Source: Nanobdellota archaeon (GTDB lineage Archaea > Nanobdellota > Nanobdellia > Pacearchaeales > JAHJTO01). Taken from it: DNA of 64,000 bases. The DNA lies in assembly GCA_042572295.1 (NCBI GenBank), contig JBHPFA010000001.1, positions 9,583-73,582 of the forward strand, given 5' to 3'. The notes under the pieces were generated by a model that was given only the letters and a program-made list of their open reading frames with translations, was not told the DNA's origin and did no database searches. Shown piece after piece: positions 29,250 through 39,780 of the stretch (position 1 is the stretch's first letter; each line of letters starts with the position of its first letter). The position numbers and the translations under genes were made by a program.

Positions 29250-30263
29250 TTATATTGCCTTCCTTTTCTTATAGATAAGCTTAATAATTTCCTCAATTGG
29301 AGGGTCTCTTATGTCAATATCTTCCCAATCACCATATCTTTTGATGATATGGTCAACTGCTTTACGGACTTTACATTTAGATAAATCTAATTCAGCAGTC
29401 ATTCTGTATTGTTTTTGTTTTATTATCTCCATTCCTTTTAATTTGTAAGTTTTAATTATTGGGGTGGAGAATGTACACTCAATTATCTTCTTATTTGCGA
29501 ACTTTTTCTTAATATCATTCAATGGTCCATCATAGATTATTGTTCCATGGTTGATTATTACGACTCTTTTACATAAATGTTCAATATCTGACATGTCATG
29601 AGTCGTTACTATGAAGGTTGTTCCATATTTTCTGTTGAATTCTTTTACAAATTGCCTTATCTTGTCCTTTGCGATAGCATCTAATCCTATTGTTGGTTCG
29701 TCTAAGAATACTAGTTTAGGTTTGTGTAATAAGGCTAGAACTAACTCACATCTCATTCTTTCCCCTAATGAAAGCTGTCTGACTTGTTTTCCTACAAAGC
29801 TTCCAATATCTAATTTTTTGATCATGTTTTCTAGTCTTTTCTTGAATTCTCTTTCAGGAATTCCATATAAGTGCTTATGCAATTCAAAAGTATCTATTGC
29901 TGGAATGTCCCACCATAACTGAGATTTCTGACCAAAGATAACTCCTGCGTGTTGAACATATTTTATTCTTTGTTCCCAGGGAATATATCCAACACATTGA
30001 ACTTCTCCACTTGAAGGATGTAGGACTCCTGTTAAGATTTTGATTAAAGTTGATTTTCCAGCTCCGTTAGGACCTATAAAACCGATAACTTCTCCTTTCT
30101 TTACATTCATGCTTACTCCTTTTAATGCATGTTTTGTAGTGTATTCTCTTGAGAAAAGACTTTTTGCAGCTGCTATGATTCCTGCATCTCTTTTGTATTC
30201 TTTAAATTCTTTCTTTATGTTTTTAACACTGATAACACTTGGAATATATTTTTTCTTAGCCAT
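29250..30263 (-). CDS. ABC transporter ATP-binding protein
   Basis: GPNGAGKST, LSLGERMR, FLDEPTIGLD, TTH. Confidence 0.93.
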   Translation of the reverse strand: MAKKKYIPSVISVKNIKKEFKEYKRDAGIIAAAKSLFSREYTTKHALKGVSMNVKKGEVIGFIGPNGAGKSTLIKILTGVLHPSSGEVQCVGYIPWEQRIKYVQHAGVIFGQKSQLWWDIPAIDTFELHKHLYGIPEREFKKRLENMIKKLDIGSFVGKQVRQLSLGERMRCELVLALLHKPKLVFLDEPTIGLDAIAKDKIRQFVKEFNRKYGTTFIVTTHDMSDIEHLCKRVVIINHGTIIYDGPLNDIKKKFANKKIIECTFSTPIIKTYKLKGMEIIKQKQYRMTAELDLSKCKVRKAVDHIIKRYGDWEDIDIRDPPIEEIIKLIYKKRKAI

Positions 30264-30324
30264 TGCTACACCCCTATTTTAATGTATAAGTTAGATAAAG
30301 ATGGTTTAAATAATTATCGACGAG

Positions 30325-32133
30325 TTATTTTCTATGCTGTAGCCTGTAAAGTTTATAAAATTCTCCTTTCAGTCTTAATAGGTCTTTGAAAGATCCTTGC
30401 TCAATGATTTTTCCTTCTTCTATGAAGATTATCTTATCTACATTTTTTAGAGTCGAAAGCCTGTGTGCTATGACTAACAATGTTTTATCTTTCATGTATT
30501 TGTTTAAGTTTTCTTGAATTGATTTTTCTGTCTTGCTGTCTAGTTGAGAAGTTGCTTCATCTAAGATTAGGAGAGAGCCTCCTTTGAATGCAGCTCTTGC
30601 GATTCCTAATCTTTGTCTTTCACCTCCAGAGAGTTTGTATCCTTTTTCTCCAATTAAAGTGTTTAAACCTCTTGGAAGTTTGTCTATAACTGGTTGGAGT
30701 TGGGAAATTTCAATTGTTCCTTTTATTTTTGTCAAATCTCTTTTTGTTTCTGAAATAGTTATGTTGTTTAACAAAGTGTTATTGAACATTTCAGAATCTT
30801 GAAGGACAATACTGAAGTTTTTGATTACAGAACTGTGTTTGTATTTATTGATATCTTTATTGTCTACGGTTATTTCCCCTTTTTGTGGTTGATATAAACC
30901 TAAGAGAAGTTTAACAATAGTGGATTTTCCTCCTCCTGATGCACTGACTATTCCTATTTTATCTCCACGGTTTACTGTTAGGTTAAAGTCTCTGATAACA
31001 TTTTCATTTTTGTATTTAAATGAGATATTCTTGAACTCAATTTTCTTCCACTTACTTGAAATTTTATCTAAGTGATTGCTTTCTCTATCAAAAGTCTCTA
31101 CACCCATGAAGTTCATGAATCTTCCAACTCCAATCTTGATTCTTATGAATTCATTTATGTGGTTGCTTAGATTATCTAGTGCTGCTCTTAGTCTTTCAAA
31201 ATAACCTGCAAAAGCAAATATAGAACCAACAGTTATAATTCCTGCTATTGCATCAAATCCTATGATTAAGATAAAGGTAGCATATCCTAATGCTCCAAAT
31301 ACTTTGATTGTTTTAGCTTTTGATTGGTTTGCCTTTATTGTTTCTAACCAAGTATTGTATAATTTATTTTCATAGGCTGCAGTTGAATTCCTTAGTTTTT
31401 TCTTTAGTCCTAAGGATTTGACTGTTAGGAGGTTTGAAGCAGATTCATAAAACTTTCCACTTACTTTCTCTTTAGTTTTATTTAATTCATTTTGCCAGTA
31501 GGCTATCTTTTTAGTGAAGTGGTTTTCTCCTATTAAATAAATGGTGAGATAAATTGTTGCAAAGAGTAGGTATGTGCTGTCCAATGTAAGGAAAATGATT
31601 AAGCTTCCAATTATACCTGTTATTGTGTAAAGGCCTACATCAACAAATAAGCTAAGACCCTTATAGATCTTTTCTGCCCCATTGTTTATTCTTTCTATCT
31701 TGCTTCCAGATTCTTCATTTTCATGCCATTTTAATTCTAAGTCTATTAGTTTTTCCATGGCAGCTACTCTAATGTATTTTCTTAGTTCTGCTCCTATCTT
31801 CTTCATCCCTAATTTTGAGTGGAATCTAAATAGAATCTGTAAGCTTCCAAGTATTCCTATTAATGCTACAAAGAAGTAGAACTGACTTAACGGATCTCCT
31901 TTATTATAATTGGTAAAGAAATCTACAATCTTTCCTAAAGAGAACAATATACCGAAAGGGACTAACTCTGATAGAGCTCTCACTATTGTGAAAAACAAGA
32001 ATTTTCCTCTGTAACCATCAATCAATATCCAATAGTCTTTAATACAGGTGGATAAGGGGTAGTGGTCTTTTTTGGAGGTCTTGGTGGTACGATTTAGCGC
32101 TTTGGCTATGTGGGGTTTTGGGGTCTTACTCAC
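30325..32133 (-). CDS. ABC exporter, fused permease/ATPase
   Basis: TM domain plus SASGGGKST, LSGGERQR, ILDEATS, IAHRLST. Confidence 0.92.
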   Translation of the reverse strand: MSKTPKPHIAKALNRTTKTSKKDHYPLSTCIKDYWILIDGYRGKFLFFTIVRALSELVPFGILFSLGKIVDFFTNYNKGDPLSQFYFFVALIGILGSLQILFRFHSKLGMKKIGAELRKYIRVAAMEKLIDLELKWHENEESGSKIERINNGAEKIYKGLSLFVDVGLYTITGIIGSLIIFLTLDSTYLLFATIYLTIYLIGENHFTKKIAYWQNELNKTKEKVSGKFYESASNLLTVKSLGLKKKLRNSTAAYENKLYNTWLETIKANQSKAKTIKVFGALGYATFILIIGFDAIAGIITVGSIFAFAGYFERLRAALDNLSNHINEFIRIKIGVGRFMNFMGVETFDRESNHLDKISSKWKKIEFKNISFKYKNENVIRDFNLTVNRGDKIGIVSASGGGKSTIVKLLLGLYQPQKGEITVDNKDINKYKHSSVIKNFSIVLQDSEMFNNTLLNNITISETKRDLTKIKGTIEISQLQPVIDKLPRGLNTLIGEKGYKLSGGERQRLGIARAAFKGGSLLILDEATSQLDSKTEKSIQENLNKYMKDKTLLVIAHRLSTLKNVDKIIFIEEGKIIEQGSFKDLLRLKGEFYKLYRLQHRK

Positions 32134-32350
32134 ACTGTTAAGACCTGTTTTTACTATATATATTACTATGATACAGTAACAAATATGTTGAATTTTCGAT
32201 AAGCTTATATAGTTCGACTGATATTACTGTATATGAGAGTGGAATTGGGGTTTTGCTCACATTATTCTAAGAATTTAGGGCATAGTAACTACTCTAAAAC
32301 CAGTATTTTTTTGCAATAAGGTTTAAATATTGATTTCTGGTTAATTAAAA

Positions 32351-33067
32351 ATGCTAAAAAAGATTGTGAGGAAGGTTTTTTCCAATAAAACATTGTTTTA
32401 TCCAGGTTGTTTGAATAGATCTGTTACTAAAGACATAAGTCAGAATTATCAAGAGATTTTGAAGAAGTTAGGGGTTGAGTTTATCATGATTGATGAGTTA
32501 GGTTGTTCTGGAGGACCTTTATTAGATGCAGGTTATAAAGAAGAATTTGAAGCTACTAAAGAAAAAAATTTAGAGTTGTTTGATAAGTATGGTGTTTCAA
32601 AGATAATTGTTGCTTCTCCTAGCAGTCTGAAGGTTTTGAAACAAGATTATAGGTTGGAAGAAAGTGGAATTGAAGTAATTCATGTTTATGAGTTGTTGAC
32701 AAAGAAGATAGATAAGATAAAAGACATATTCAAAAAAGGTGGAGCTCCAAAAGTAACTTTCCATGACTCTTGTTATTTAGGGAGATATTGTGGAATATAT
32801 GATGGACCTAGAAAATTGATTATTGCAGCAGGTTATGGTCTAGAAGAATTCCCTAAGAAAAGAGAACATGCTGACTGTTGCGGAGTTTGTGGGGGTGTTC
32901 GTGCTAACTTTCCACAATTAGCAGGAGATATGGCAAAGAAATTATTGAAAGGATGTAAAACTCCTATAATTGTTGCTTGTTCACCAGGATGTTATTTGCA
33001 TTTGAAAGAGAATGCTGGAGATATTGAAGTTAAAGAGATTAGTCATCTGATTAGGGGGGCAATATAA
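32351..33067 (+). CDS. CCG-domain Fe-S protein (GlcF/HdrD C-terminal-like)
   Basis: FYPGC, TFHDSCYLGR, CCGVCGG, CSPGC. Confidence 0.85.
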   Translation: MLKKIVRKVFSNKTLFYPGCLNRSVTKDISQNYQEILKKLGVEFIMIDELGCSGGPLLDAGYKEEFEATKEKNLELFDKYGVSKIIVASPSSLKVLKQDYRLEESGIEVIHVYELLTKKIDKIKDIFKKGGAPKVTFHDSCYLGRYCGIYDGPRKLIIAAGYGLEEFPKKREHADCCGVCGGVRANFPQLAGDMAKKLLKGCKTPIIVACSPGCYLHLKENAGDIEVKEISHLIRGAI

Positions 33068-34227
33068 TGGTTTTTGATATGGGTGTTTTAAGAAAGATTT
33101 GTCCTTCAAGTGAATCTTTAGGAGAAAAGACTGCTTATAGTACTGATTCCAGTACAATAAAAGGAGAGGCTGTTGCAGTTACTTGGCCTTCAACTTATGA
33201 TCATTTGAAAATGTTATTGAAGTATGCTTCACGTGAAGAGATTCCTGTTGTTGCAAGGGGCGGAGGCACTTCTTTAGTTGGAGGAGCTGTTCCTAAAAAT
33301 GCTTTAGTCATTGATATGTCTAGATTAAATAAGATAAAGAAACTTTATGTGAATGAAAAGACAGTTGTTGTACAATCAGGAGTTGTTTTAGATAAGTTAA
33401 ATGAATCAATAGCAGAATATAAGTTAGAATTTCCTATAAAGCCCAGTTCACATTCTGCATGTACTATTGGGGGAATGATTGCTACTAATGCTTCTGGATC
33501 TCAGCCATCAGATGAGAGGTGGATGAATAAGTGGGTTAAGGATATTACATTTTTAGATGGAACTGGAAGAGTTTATACTTTGGATAAGGCCGAAGCAAGG
33601 AGATTTATTGGAACTGAAGGCTGTTGTGGAATTATAATAGAAGCAACTCTTTATGTTTCTGCAAAAAGTGAAACCACTATGGATTTGTTAAAATTTGCAG
33701 ATATTCAAAGTGTTATGGCAAGGATAAAAGAACTGAAGGAAGATAATCAAGTCGTTGCTATTGAATATATTAATAGATTTGCTTCAAGAGTCATGGGTCT
33801 TGGTGAACAAGATCATTTGATTGTTAAGTATTTAGGTAAGAAAGGAATGCTTGAGCATGTAGAAGCTGAAAAACTTTGGACTAAGTATGAGAATATCTAT
33901 TCTACATTATCTCAAGCAGGATTTCCAAGAGTTGAGGATATTTTACTTGAGAAAGATGCTGATAAGTTTGTTGATTGGTTAACTAAACAAGGAGTTCCTT
34001 GTTATGGAAGATTAGCTGTTGGGTCTGTGCATCCACATTTTCAGAATTTAGCTAATATTGAGAAGGTTGCAAGTATTGTTACTGAGTTAAAAGGCCAGAT
34101 GGTTGGAGAATATGGTGTTGGATTATTGAGAAGGAAGCATGCACCTTTTATTATAACTCATACTGTTAGAGAATTGAAGGCGAAGTATGATCCAAAAAAT
34201 ATCTTGAATAAGGGGAAGGTGATTTAG
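33067..34227 (+). CDS. FAD-linked oxidoreductase (GlcD/D-lactate dehydrogenase-like)
   Basis: RGGGTSLVGG, CTIGGMIATNASG, GTEGCCGII, EYGVG, DPKNILNKGK. Confidence 0.88.
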   Translation: MVFDMGVLRKICPSSESLGEKTAYSTDSSTIKGEAVAVTWPSTYDHLKMLLKYASREEIPVVARGGGTSLVGGAVPKNALVIDMSRLNKIKKLYVNEKTVVVQSGVVLDKLNESIAEYKLEFPIKPSSHSACTIGGMIATNASGSQPSDERWMNKWVKDITFLDGTGRVYTLDKAEARRFIGTEGCCGIIIEATLYVSAKSETTMDLLKFADIQSVMARIKELKEDNQVVAIEYINRFASRVMGLGEQDHLIVKYLGKKGMLEHVEAEKLWTKYENIYSTLSQAGFPRVEDILLEKDADKFVDWLTKQGVPCYGRLAVGSVHPHFQNLANIEKVASIVTELKGQMVGEYGVGLLRRKHAPFIITHTVRELKAKYDPKNILNKGKVI

Positions 34228-34434
34228 ATGTTAGAAGATTTTTTGAATACAGTTGTCAGGCATCAAGCTGAAATAGAAGCTGCAAAGAAAGTGGCCCTTC
34301 CTTATGTAGTGTTTGGTCTAGGGGTGCTTGGAGCATGCTGGATGGGGGATTACATTGAGGGAGATGAGGTGGAAGAGAAAAAAGGACCTGTGAAAAGAGA
34401 TTACACTAAATACTTTAGATGTATTGGGAATTAA
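34228..34434 (+). CDS. Small single-TM hypothetical protein
   Basis: 68 aa, fills operon gap. Confidence 0.5.
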   Translation: MLEDFLNTVVRHQAEIEAAKKVALPYVVFGLGVLGACWMGDYIEGDEVEEKKGPVKRDYTKYFRCIGN

Positions 34435-34435
34435 G

Positions 34436-34813
34436 ATGGAAGAATTGATGATAAAAGACGAGATGGGGGAATTGAAGACACAATGTACTTTATGTGGTTT
34501 ATGTAAATCAAGTTGTCCTGCTTACAAAGTTTTGATAGATGAATCTGTCAGTCCAAGAGGAAGAGCTGTTTTATTGAAAAGCAAAGTCCTTTCAAAACAT
34601 CTTTATGTCTGTACTTTATGTAAGGCTTGTGAAAATTTCTGTACTGTAAAAGATATTGATTTAGTTGAGAAGATAAGAGCTGCAAGAGAACATATGGTTA
34701 AGAATGGCCAAGAAACAGAAGCTGGAAAGAGATTGGTTGCTAATATTAATAAGACTGGTAGTTGTGTAGGTAAGTTTGATGAAGTGAAGGGCTTTGATCT
34801 TTGGGAATGTTAA
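34436..34813 (+). CDS. 2x[4Fe-4S] dicluster protein (GlcF N-terminal-like)
   Basis: CTLCGLCKSSCP, SPRGR, CTLCKACENFC. Confidence 0.85.
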   Translation: MEELMIKDEMGELKTQCTLCGLCKSSCPAYKVLIDESVSPRGRAVLLKSKVLSKHLYVCTLCKACENFCTVKDIDLVEKIRAAREHMVKNGQETEAGKRLVANINKTGSCVGKFDEVKGFDLWEC

Positions 34814-35053
34814 ATGAGTAGTTTAGAAAAATTAACATTAAGAAGAAGTTTGGAAAGATTTAGATTAAGAGAAGAGGGTCCAGAACTTATTGATTTCTTT
34901 GAAGGAGTTTGTGGAAAAGGTAATGGGATGAAGGCTTATGAAACTTATCTTAAAAAGAGAGTGGAATACAGAAAAACCACTCAGAAATCTTTTGATGCTA
35001 TAAGAGAATCTCAACATGTAACTCATGAGGATTTGAACATTATTGTTTATTAA
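34814..35053 (+). CDS. Hypothetical protein with THEDL C-terminal motif
   Basis: Ends AIRESQHVTHEDLNIIVY. Confidence 0.65.
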   Translation: MSSLEKLTLRRSLERFRLREEGPELIDFFEGVCGKGNGMKAYETYLKKRVEYRKTTQKSFDAIRESQHVTHEDLNIIVY

Positions 35054-35054
35054 A

Positions 35055-35411
35055 ATGGTGAAATTTACTAGTTTAGAAAAGAGGGCTGCCAGAGAAATGG
35101 ATTTTATTAATGGTGGTGGTATGTTTTTAATAGCTGGTGAAGGAAAGAGATTTGAAAGGTATTATCCTGATAAAAGAATCTACACTTTTTTATTAAAGAG
35201 GGGATATATTAAAAGAGATAAAGGAAACACTGAAGAAGGCAGATCTAAATACAAATTTACTTCTGAAGGGAATGAATTTCATGAAAGATTGTGGAAGAAA
35301 CCTTATGAAAGGTCTTTAGCCAAGTGGCAAAAAATCATGGCACCCAGAGTTGAGGCCATAAGAAGATCAACAAGATTGACTCATGAAGACTTGCATACAT
35401 TGGTTTATTGA
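35055..35411 (+). CDS. Hypothetical protein (possible wHTH) with THEDL C-terminal motif
   Basis: LLKRGYIKR...YKFTSEG; ends AIRRSTRLTHEDLHTLVY. Confidence 0.65.
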   Translation: MVKFTSLEKRAAREMDFINGGGMFLIAGEGKRFERYYPDKRIYTFLLKRGYIKRDKGNTEEGRSKYKFTSEGNEFHERLWKKPYERSLAKWQKIMAPRVEAIRRSTRLTHEDLHTLVY

Positions 35412-35710
35412 AAATTCTTCTTTAGAATAACTCTTTTATCAAAGCTGCCTCTTTTATCTGCCTTGTCAATACGGATTTTTTCCAATTCATCAATTGACAT
35501 GTTCTTGAACTTTGCAATAGAATAAATTACTTCTATGATGTCTGCAAGTTCTTCAGGACTGTCGTTTTCTTTGAACTCATTAATTTCTTCCTGAAGTTTT
35601 TTGGTCAATTCTTGCTTGTATTCTTCATCTTCAGCAATATGAATATCATGAAGTTTATAGATTTCATGGATTTTGTCTCTAATTAATTTCTTTTTTGGTT
35701 TATTTTCCAT
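35405..35710 (-). CDS. MazG-superfamily NTP pyrophosphohydrolase (PRA-PH-like)
   Basis: KLIRDKI, KKLQEEINEF, EELADIIEV, KRGSF. Confidence 0.85.
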   Translation of the reverse strand: MENKPKKKLIRDKIHEIYKLHDIHIAEDEEYKQELTKKLQEEINEFKENDSPEELADIIEVIYSIAKFKNMSIDELEKIRIDKADKRGSFDKRVILKKNFQ

Positions 35711-35818
35711 GTTATATGGTGGTAGTTATTTCTTATTAACCTTTTGTTAGGGCTAATTTGTTCTTAATGTTAAAGTTTTTAAGCTAGAGATGGTTTAAAA
35801 CCATTATAGGATATTAAT

Positions 35819-36043
35819 ATGGGGTTTTTAAAAGATCTATTTAGGAAGGTATTTGGTAGTAAGAGAATCGGTGAAAAAAAGCCTGAAAGCACTTTTAGAG
35901 GAGAGTGTGAAATCTGTTTTAAACAAATAGATATTGCACAAGCTTTTACATGTAGGTATTGTGGAAATTGGCATTGTTCAGAACATAGGCTTCCAGAGGA
36001 TCATCAATGCTCTGGAAATCCAGTTAATCCCCATATTGGATAG
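35819..36043 (+). CDS. AN1-type zinc finger protein
   Basis: CEIC...[22 protein letters not shown]. Confidence 0.88.
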   Translation: MGFLKDLFRKVFGSKRIGEKKPESTFRGECEICFKQIDIAQAFTCRYCGNWHCSEHRLPEDHQCSGNPVNPHIG

Positions 36044-36422
36044 TTTTTATTTTACTCATTTCTATAATGAAGTCAACATAGGAGGTGTAGGATGTTATTT
36101 TGTTAGAGTCTCTTAGCATACTATAAGCAACCCTTGATATATCTGTATAAAATTCCTTTGCTGAATTAAATTTTTCTCCATTAGGTGAAGGGGAAAATCT
36201 GATTAAATTACTAAATTCTTTTTCTTTTAGTCTAAGAATCAACTTTTTTGAAGTAATTGTTTTCTTGTCTTTTTTAGGAATCTTTATGATTCCTTCTAAA
36301 GATTCTTCATCTTCAATATTGTAAACTTGTCCTGGACTGAGAATTATCTTTATTTTATGTTTCCTAATGGTATTTGGTTCAAAAAAGTCTACTTTTTTTG
36401 GAGGAGTATATTCAACTTTCAT
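36024..36422 (-). CDS. Hypothetical protein
   Basis: ORF overlapping pepN stop. Confidence 0.55.
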   Translation of the reverse strand: MKVEYTPPKKVDFFEPNTIRKHKIKIILSPGQVYNIEDEESLEGIIKIPKKDKKTITSKKLILRLKEKEFSNLIRFSPSPNGEKFNSAKEFYTDISRVAYSMLRDSNKITSYTSYVDFIIEMSKIKTIQYGD

Positions 36423-38934
36423 TTTTTTCACTAGAAGAATATTTCCCAAGTATGTTTATAGTTCTTTTGGTTTCGTCAACAAACTCTAGTAGGTGTTTCT
36501 TTAGTAAGAAGGGTATTTCCTCGTTTTTTAAGAGTTTTTCAGCTTTTGAGATAGTGTCAGAGTCTGCATATAACTCTGGCTGAAGGAATGTAAAGAAAGT
36601 TTCTGCATATATTCTGTCTTCTTGATTGAAAATCTTTAATACTTCTTTAAAGAAAGGGTCAACATACTCCTTTAATTCCTCTTTTTGAGATTTCCAAAAG
36701 AAACCCCTCATTCCTTCTCTTAAATAATCGATTGATTTCTCCTTTCCATCTAAGAAAAGCTTCCAATTTTCTTCTTTAGCTTTCATATTAGAGACTTCTG
36801 CTCTAAATGCTGCCTTTCTTCCTTTGTCACTTTTATCATTTACTTTTTCTTTTGCTAATAATTCATTAAATCTTTTATTTCCACGAATTGCAAGGCTTAG
36901 AATAATTCCCCATCTTTGTTCAGGGTTAAGTTTGAAGTCTTCAAACTCTATTTTTCCTTCAAGCAAATCAACTAGTTTTTCTATTTCTTCTGCTCCGAAA
37001 GAAGAGGAGATGATTAACCTAAACCAAGTGTCTTTGTTTTCTTTTGAGGTGTTTTCTATTTTTTCTAAACCTAGATTATAGAATTTTTGACAATATTCAT
37101 AATATTCTTCGTTTGTTAAGTAGCATCTTAGGGCTTTGAATGCTTGTAAGAACATCCTTTCTAAAAGTACAGTGTTTGATTCTTTTGGACTTTTGTCTAG
37201 TATGAAATTTAAGTATGTTTTTGGATCCAATTCTGCATCACGAACCATTTGCCACATAGATCTTGTTATTACATGTCTTGTTAGCCCCTCCTTTATTTTT
37301 TCAAAGTGATCTAAGGCATATTTTAATGAATTTTCTTCTAATCTTTCCTTAAAGTAACAGTCATCACTATAATCAAGACATATAAAATCTGCTTTGTCCT
37401 CGTCTATTAAGTCTTTTATTGGATTGTCCGCTTCATTAAAGAATACTTCCACTTCTTTCTGTTTTTCACATTTATTGTCTTTATGGTAAAACAAAGCCAC
37501 TTTTGTTTTATGAGGTCTTAGGATGTTTCCCCCTGAAGACTGGTTTATTGAGAATTTCTTTATTTTTCCTTCTTTTATCTCATAAATAGGTTTGATTAGG
37601 TTTATTCCTGAAGTTTGAATCCAGAGTCTTGACCATTCTTCAAGGCTTTTTCCAAAAGCTTTTTCCATGCAATCTAAAAAGTCTTTTAATTGAGTGTTTT
37701 TCCACTGGAATTTCTGAAAATAATCCTGTACTCCTTTTTTGAATACTTCTTCTCCTAAATAGAAAATCATCTGTTTGATTATTGAGGCTCCTTTTGCATA
37801 GCTTATTCCATCAAAGTTGCTGAATGCTACATCTGTGTCTGGTGCATCTGCTGCAACTGGGTGTGTTGTTGGAAGTTGATCTTGTATAAATGCCCAAGCT
37901 TTTCTTCCGGAGAAATCTTCCATACCATCTTTGTATTCTGTTGCTCTTACCATACAAAAATATGAAAGATAATCTGCAAAACTTTCATTTAACCATAAAT
38001 CATCCCACCATTTCATTGTGACCAAGTCTCCAAACCACATGTGTACCATCTCATGTAAGATTACATTTGCTAGGGTTATCCTTTCTGGTCTTGTAGGTTC
38101 ATGTCTGAACAGGAGTTTTTCTGTAAATGTAACTGCTCCCGCATTTTCCATCGCTCCCATGTTGAATTCTGGAACAAATAATTGGTCATATTTCTCAAAA
38201 GGATAGTCTATTCCAAAGAATTCTGAATAGAATTCAAGTCCTTGCTTAGTTATTGTGAAGAATTCCTTTTCCCTTACGTATTGTTTTTGAGATTCTCTGC
38301 AAAAAATCCTTAATGGAATGTTTTTCCATTTATCTTCAAAAAATATGTAAGGACCAGCGCTTAAATGAAAGAGGTAAGTGCTTAATGGTTTGGTTTTATG
38401 GAAAGTGACTTGTTTTTTGTCTTCTTTTTCTATGGTTTCTTGTTCAAGACTGTTTGAGATTATTTTCCATTCTTTTGGAGCTTCTACTTGTAGTGAGAAA
38501 GTCCCTTTTAAGTCTGGTTGATCAAAACAAGGAAGCATCCTATGTGCGTTGTAAGGTTCGAAGTGGCTGTATAGATATTCGGCTTTGTCTTCAGGATCTA
38601 TGAAGTGGTGAAGGCCTTCTCCTGTTTTGTCGTATTCGTTTTCATAAACAATCTCTATCTTGTTTTGTCCTTGTTTTAAGCTTTCTTTTAGTATTGAAAT
38701 CTTGTTCTCCTGCTTTCCATGTTCACTTTTTTGATCATTTACTTTCAGTTCTTTTATTTTTCCTGCGAAATCAAGAATTAAGGCTTCCTCAGCTTTCTTT
38801 AAGTTAAATGTAAGAATACATTTTCCAGAGTAAAGAATACTGTTCTTCTTTAAGAAGATAGATAAGTCATAATCTACATCACTTATAATCTCACCTCTTT
38901 TTTGAGCGAGAGCTCTTGTTAAAACATCTGTCAT
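36412..38934 (-). CDS. pepN: Aminopeptidase N (M1 family)
   Basis: GAMEN, HEMVHMWFG...WLNESFA, FDGISYAKG. Confidence 0.95.
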   Translation of the reverse strand: MTDVLTRALAQKRGEIISDVDYDLSIFLKKNSILYSGKCILTFNLKKAEEALILDFAGKIKELKVNDQKSEHGKQENKISILKESLKQGQNKIEIVYENEYDKTGEGLHHFIDPEDKAEYLYSHFEPYNAHRMLPCFDQPDLKGTFSLQVEAPKEWKIISNSLEQETIEKEDKKQVTFHKTKPLSTYLFHLSAGPYIFFEDKWKNIPLRIFCRESQKQYVREKEFFTITKQGLEFYSEFFGIDYPFEKYDQLFVPEFNMGAMENAGAVTFTEKLLFRHEPTRPERITLANVILHEMVHMWFGDLVTMKWWDDLWLNESFADYLSYFCMVRATEYKDGMEDFSGRKAWAFIQDQLPTTHPVAADAPDTDVAFSNFDGISYAKGASIIKQMIFYLGEEVFKKGVQDYFQKFQWKNTQLKDFLDCMEKAFGKSLEEWSRLWIQTSGINLIKPIYEIKEGKIKKFSINQSSGGNILRPHKTKVALFYHKDNKCEKQKEVEVFFNEADNPIKDLIDEDKADFICLDYSDDCYFKERLEENSLKYALDHFEKIKEGLTRHVITRSMWQMVRDAELDPKTYLNFILDKSPKESNTVLLERMFLQAFKALRCYLTNEEYYEYCQKFYNLGLEKIENTSKENKDTWFRLIISSSFGAEEIEKLVDLLEGKIEFEDFKLNPEQRWGIILSLAIRGNKRFNELLAKEKVNDKSDKGRKAAFRAEVSNMKAKEENWKLFLDGKEKSIDYLREGMRGFFWKSQKEELKEYVDPFFKEVLKIFNQEDRIYAETFFTFLQPELYADSDTISKAEKLLKNEEIPFLLKKHLLEFVDETKRTINILGKYSSSEKNES

Positions 38935-38936
38935 TT

Positions 38937-39299
38937 TTAGTATTGATTATATTTTAAGTTCTTGCCTTTACATTTATCTACTGGATATCTGTCTTCACTC
39001 TTTTCGAGTTTGGTATGTATTGCTTGTGATATGTCTATGTCATTCATTTGAGCAAATCTTAGTAAAAATATAGTAGTATCTGCAAGTTCTTCCCCTATTT
39101 CGTGTTTCTTTTTTGGATCTTTTAATAGTTCTTTAATCTGGTCTTCAGTCTTAAATCTAAAATGCTCTAATAATTCAGAAGCTTCTGTGATTGCTCCTAT
39201 CGCTAACTCTTTTGGACCATGAAATTTATCCCAATCTCTAGCTTCACAGAACTTTTGTACCTTCTCTTTTAATTCATGGATGTTTGTTTCTGAGTCCAT
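38937..39299 (-). CDS. MazG-like nucleotide pyrophosphohydrolase
   Basis: RDWDKFH.PKELA...EASELLEHF...EELAD. Confidence 0.9.
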   Translation of the reverse strand: MDSETNIHELKEKVQKFCEARDWDKFHGPKELAIGAITEASELLEHFRFKTEDQIKELLKDPKKKHEIGEELADTTIFLLRFAQMNDIDISQAIHTKLEKSEDRYPVDKCKGKNLKYNQY

Positions 39300-39345
39300 A
39301 ATATGCTTGAGAAGAAGGCTTATTTAAAGTTAATTAAGAAGTAGA

Positions 39346-39735
39346 CTAATATACATAAGAAGTTTTATTTTCTCCAAAATATTCTTTATCTTTGGCTTTT
39401 ATGGTTACAGCACATTTGTAGTAGCTTGCTTTTATGTTCTCTTTTTGTTTTGTTTGAGAAGTGATTGCCATTTTTACTTCTTTTATGTCCTTTGAATCTA
39501 TCCCCATCTTTTTTATCTCATCTAAGAACCATTTTTTGTATTTTTTAATGGTATTTTGGACTGTTCCAACATTATGGTTTTCTGGAGTGATCTTGAGTTT
39601 TAGTAAGTCTATTGATATGAATGCTTCTTCTAAAGGAGTAGTTCCAAGATATTGGATGAACTCGTAGTTAGTAGGGCTGATAAAGCTGTCTGAAAGGTTA
39701 TAAGCTGTACCACTTAACTGAGCTAATTTTCCCAT
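39346..39735 (-). CDS. Hypothetical protein
   Basis: 129-aa ORF. Confidence 0.65.
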   Translation of the reverse strand: MGKLAQLSGTAYNLSDSFISPTNYEFIQYLGTTPLEEAFISIDLLKLKITPENHNVGTVQNTIKKYKKWFLDEIKKMGIDSKDIKEVKMAITSQTKQKENIKASYYKCAVTIKAKDKEYFGENKTSYVY

Positions 39736-39780
39736 TTTGTTAATTTTAAAGAGAATCTTAAGAATTTAAAGGTTTTCTTC

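Noticed and set aside
35745..35753. TGTTAGGGC as an att duplicate of the tRNA-Val 3' end
   Set aside because: Only 9 bp, expected by chance; no integrase or boundary signal
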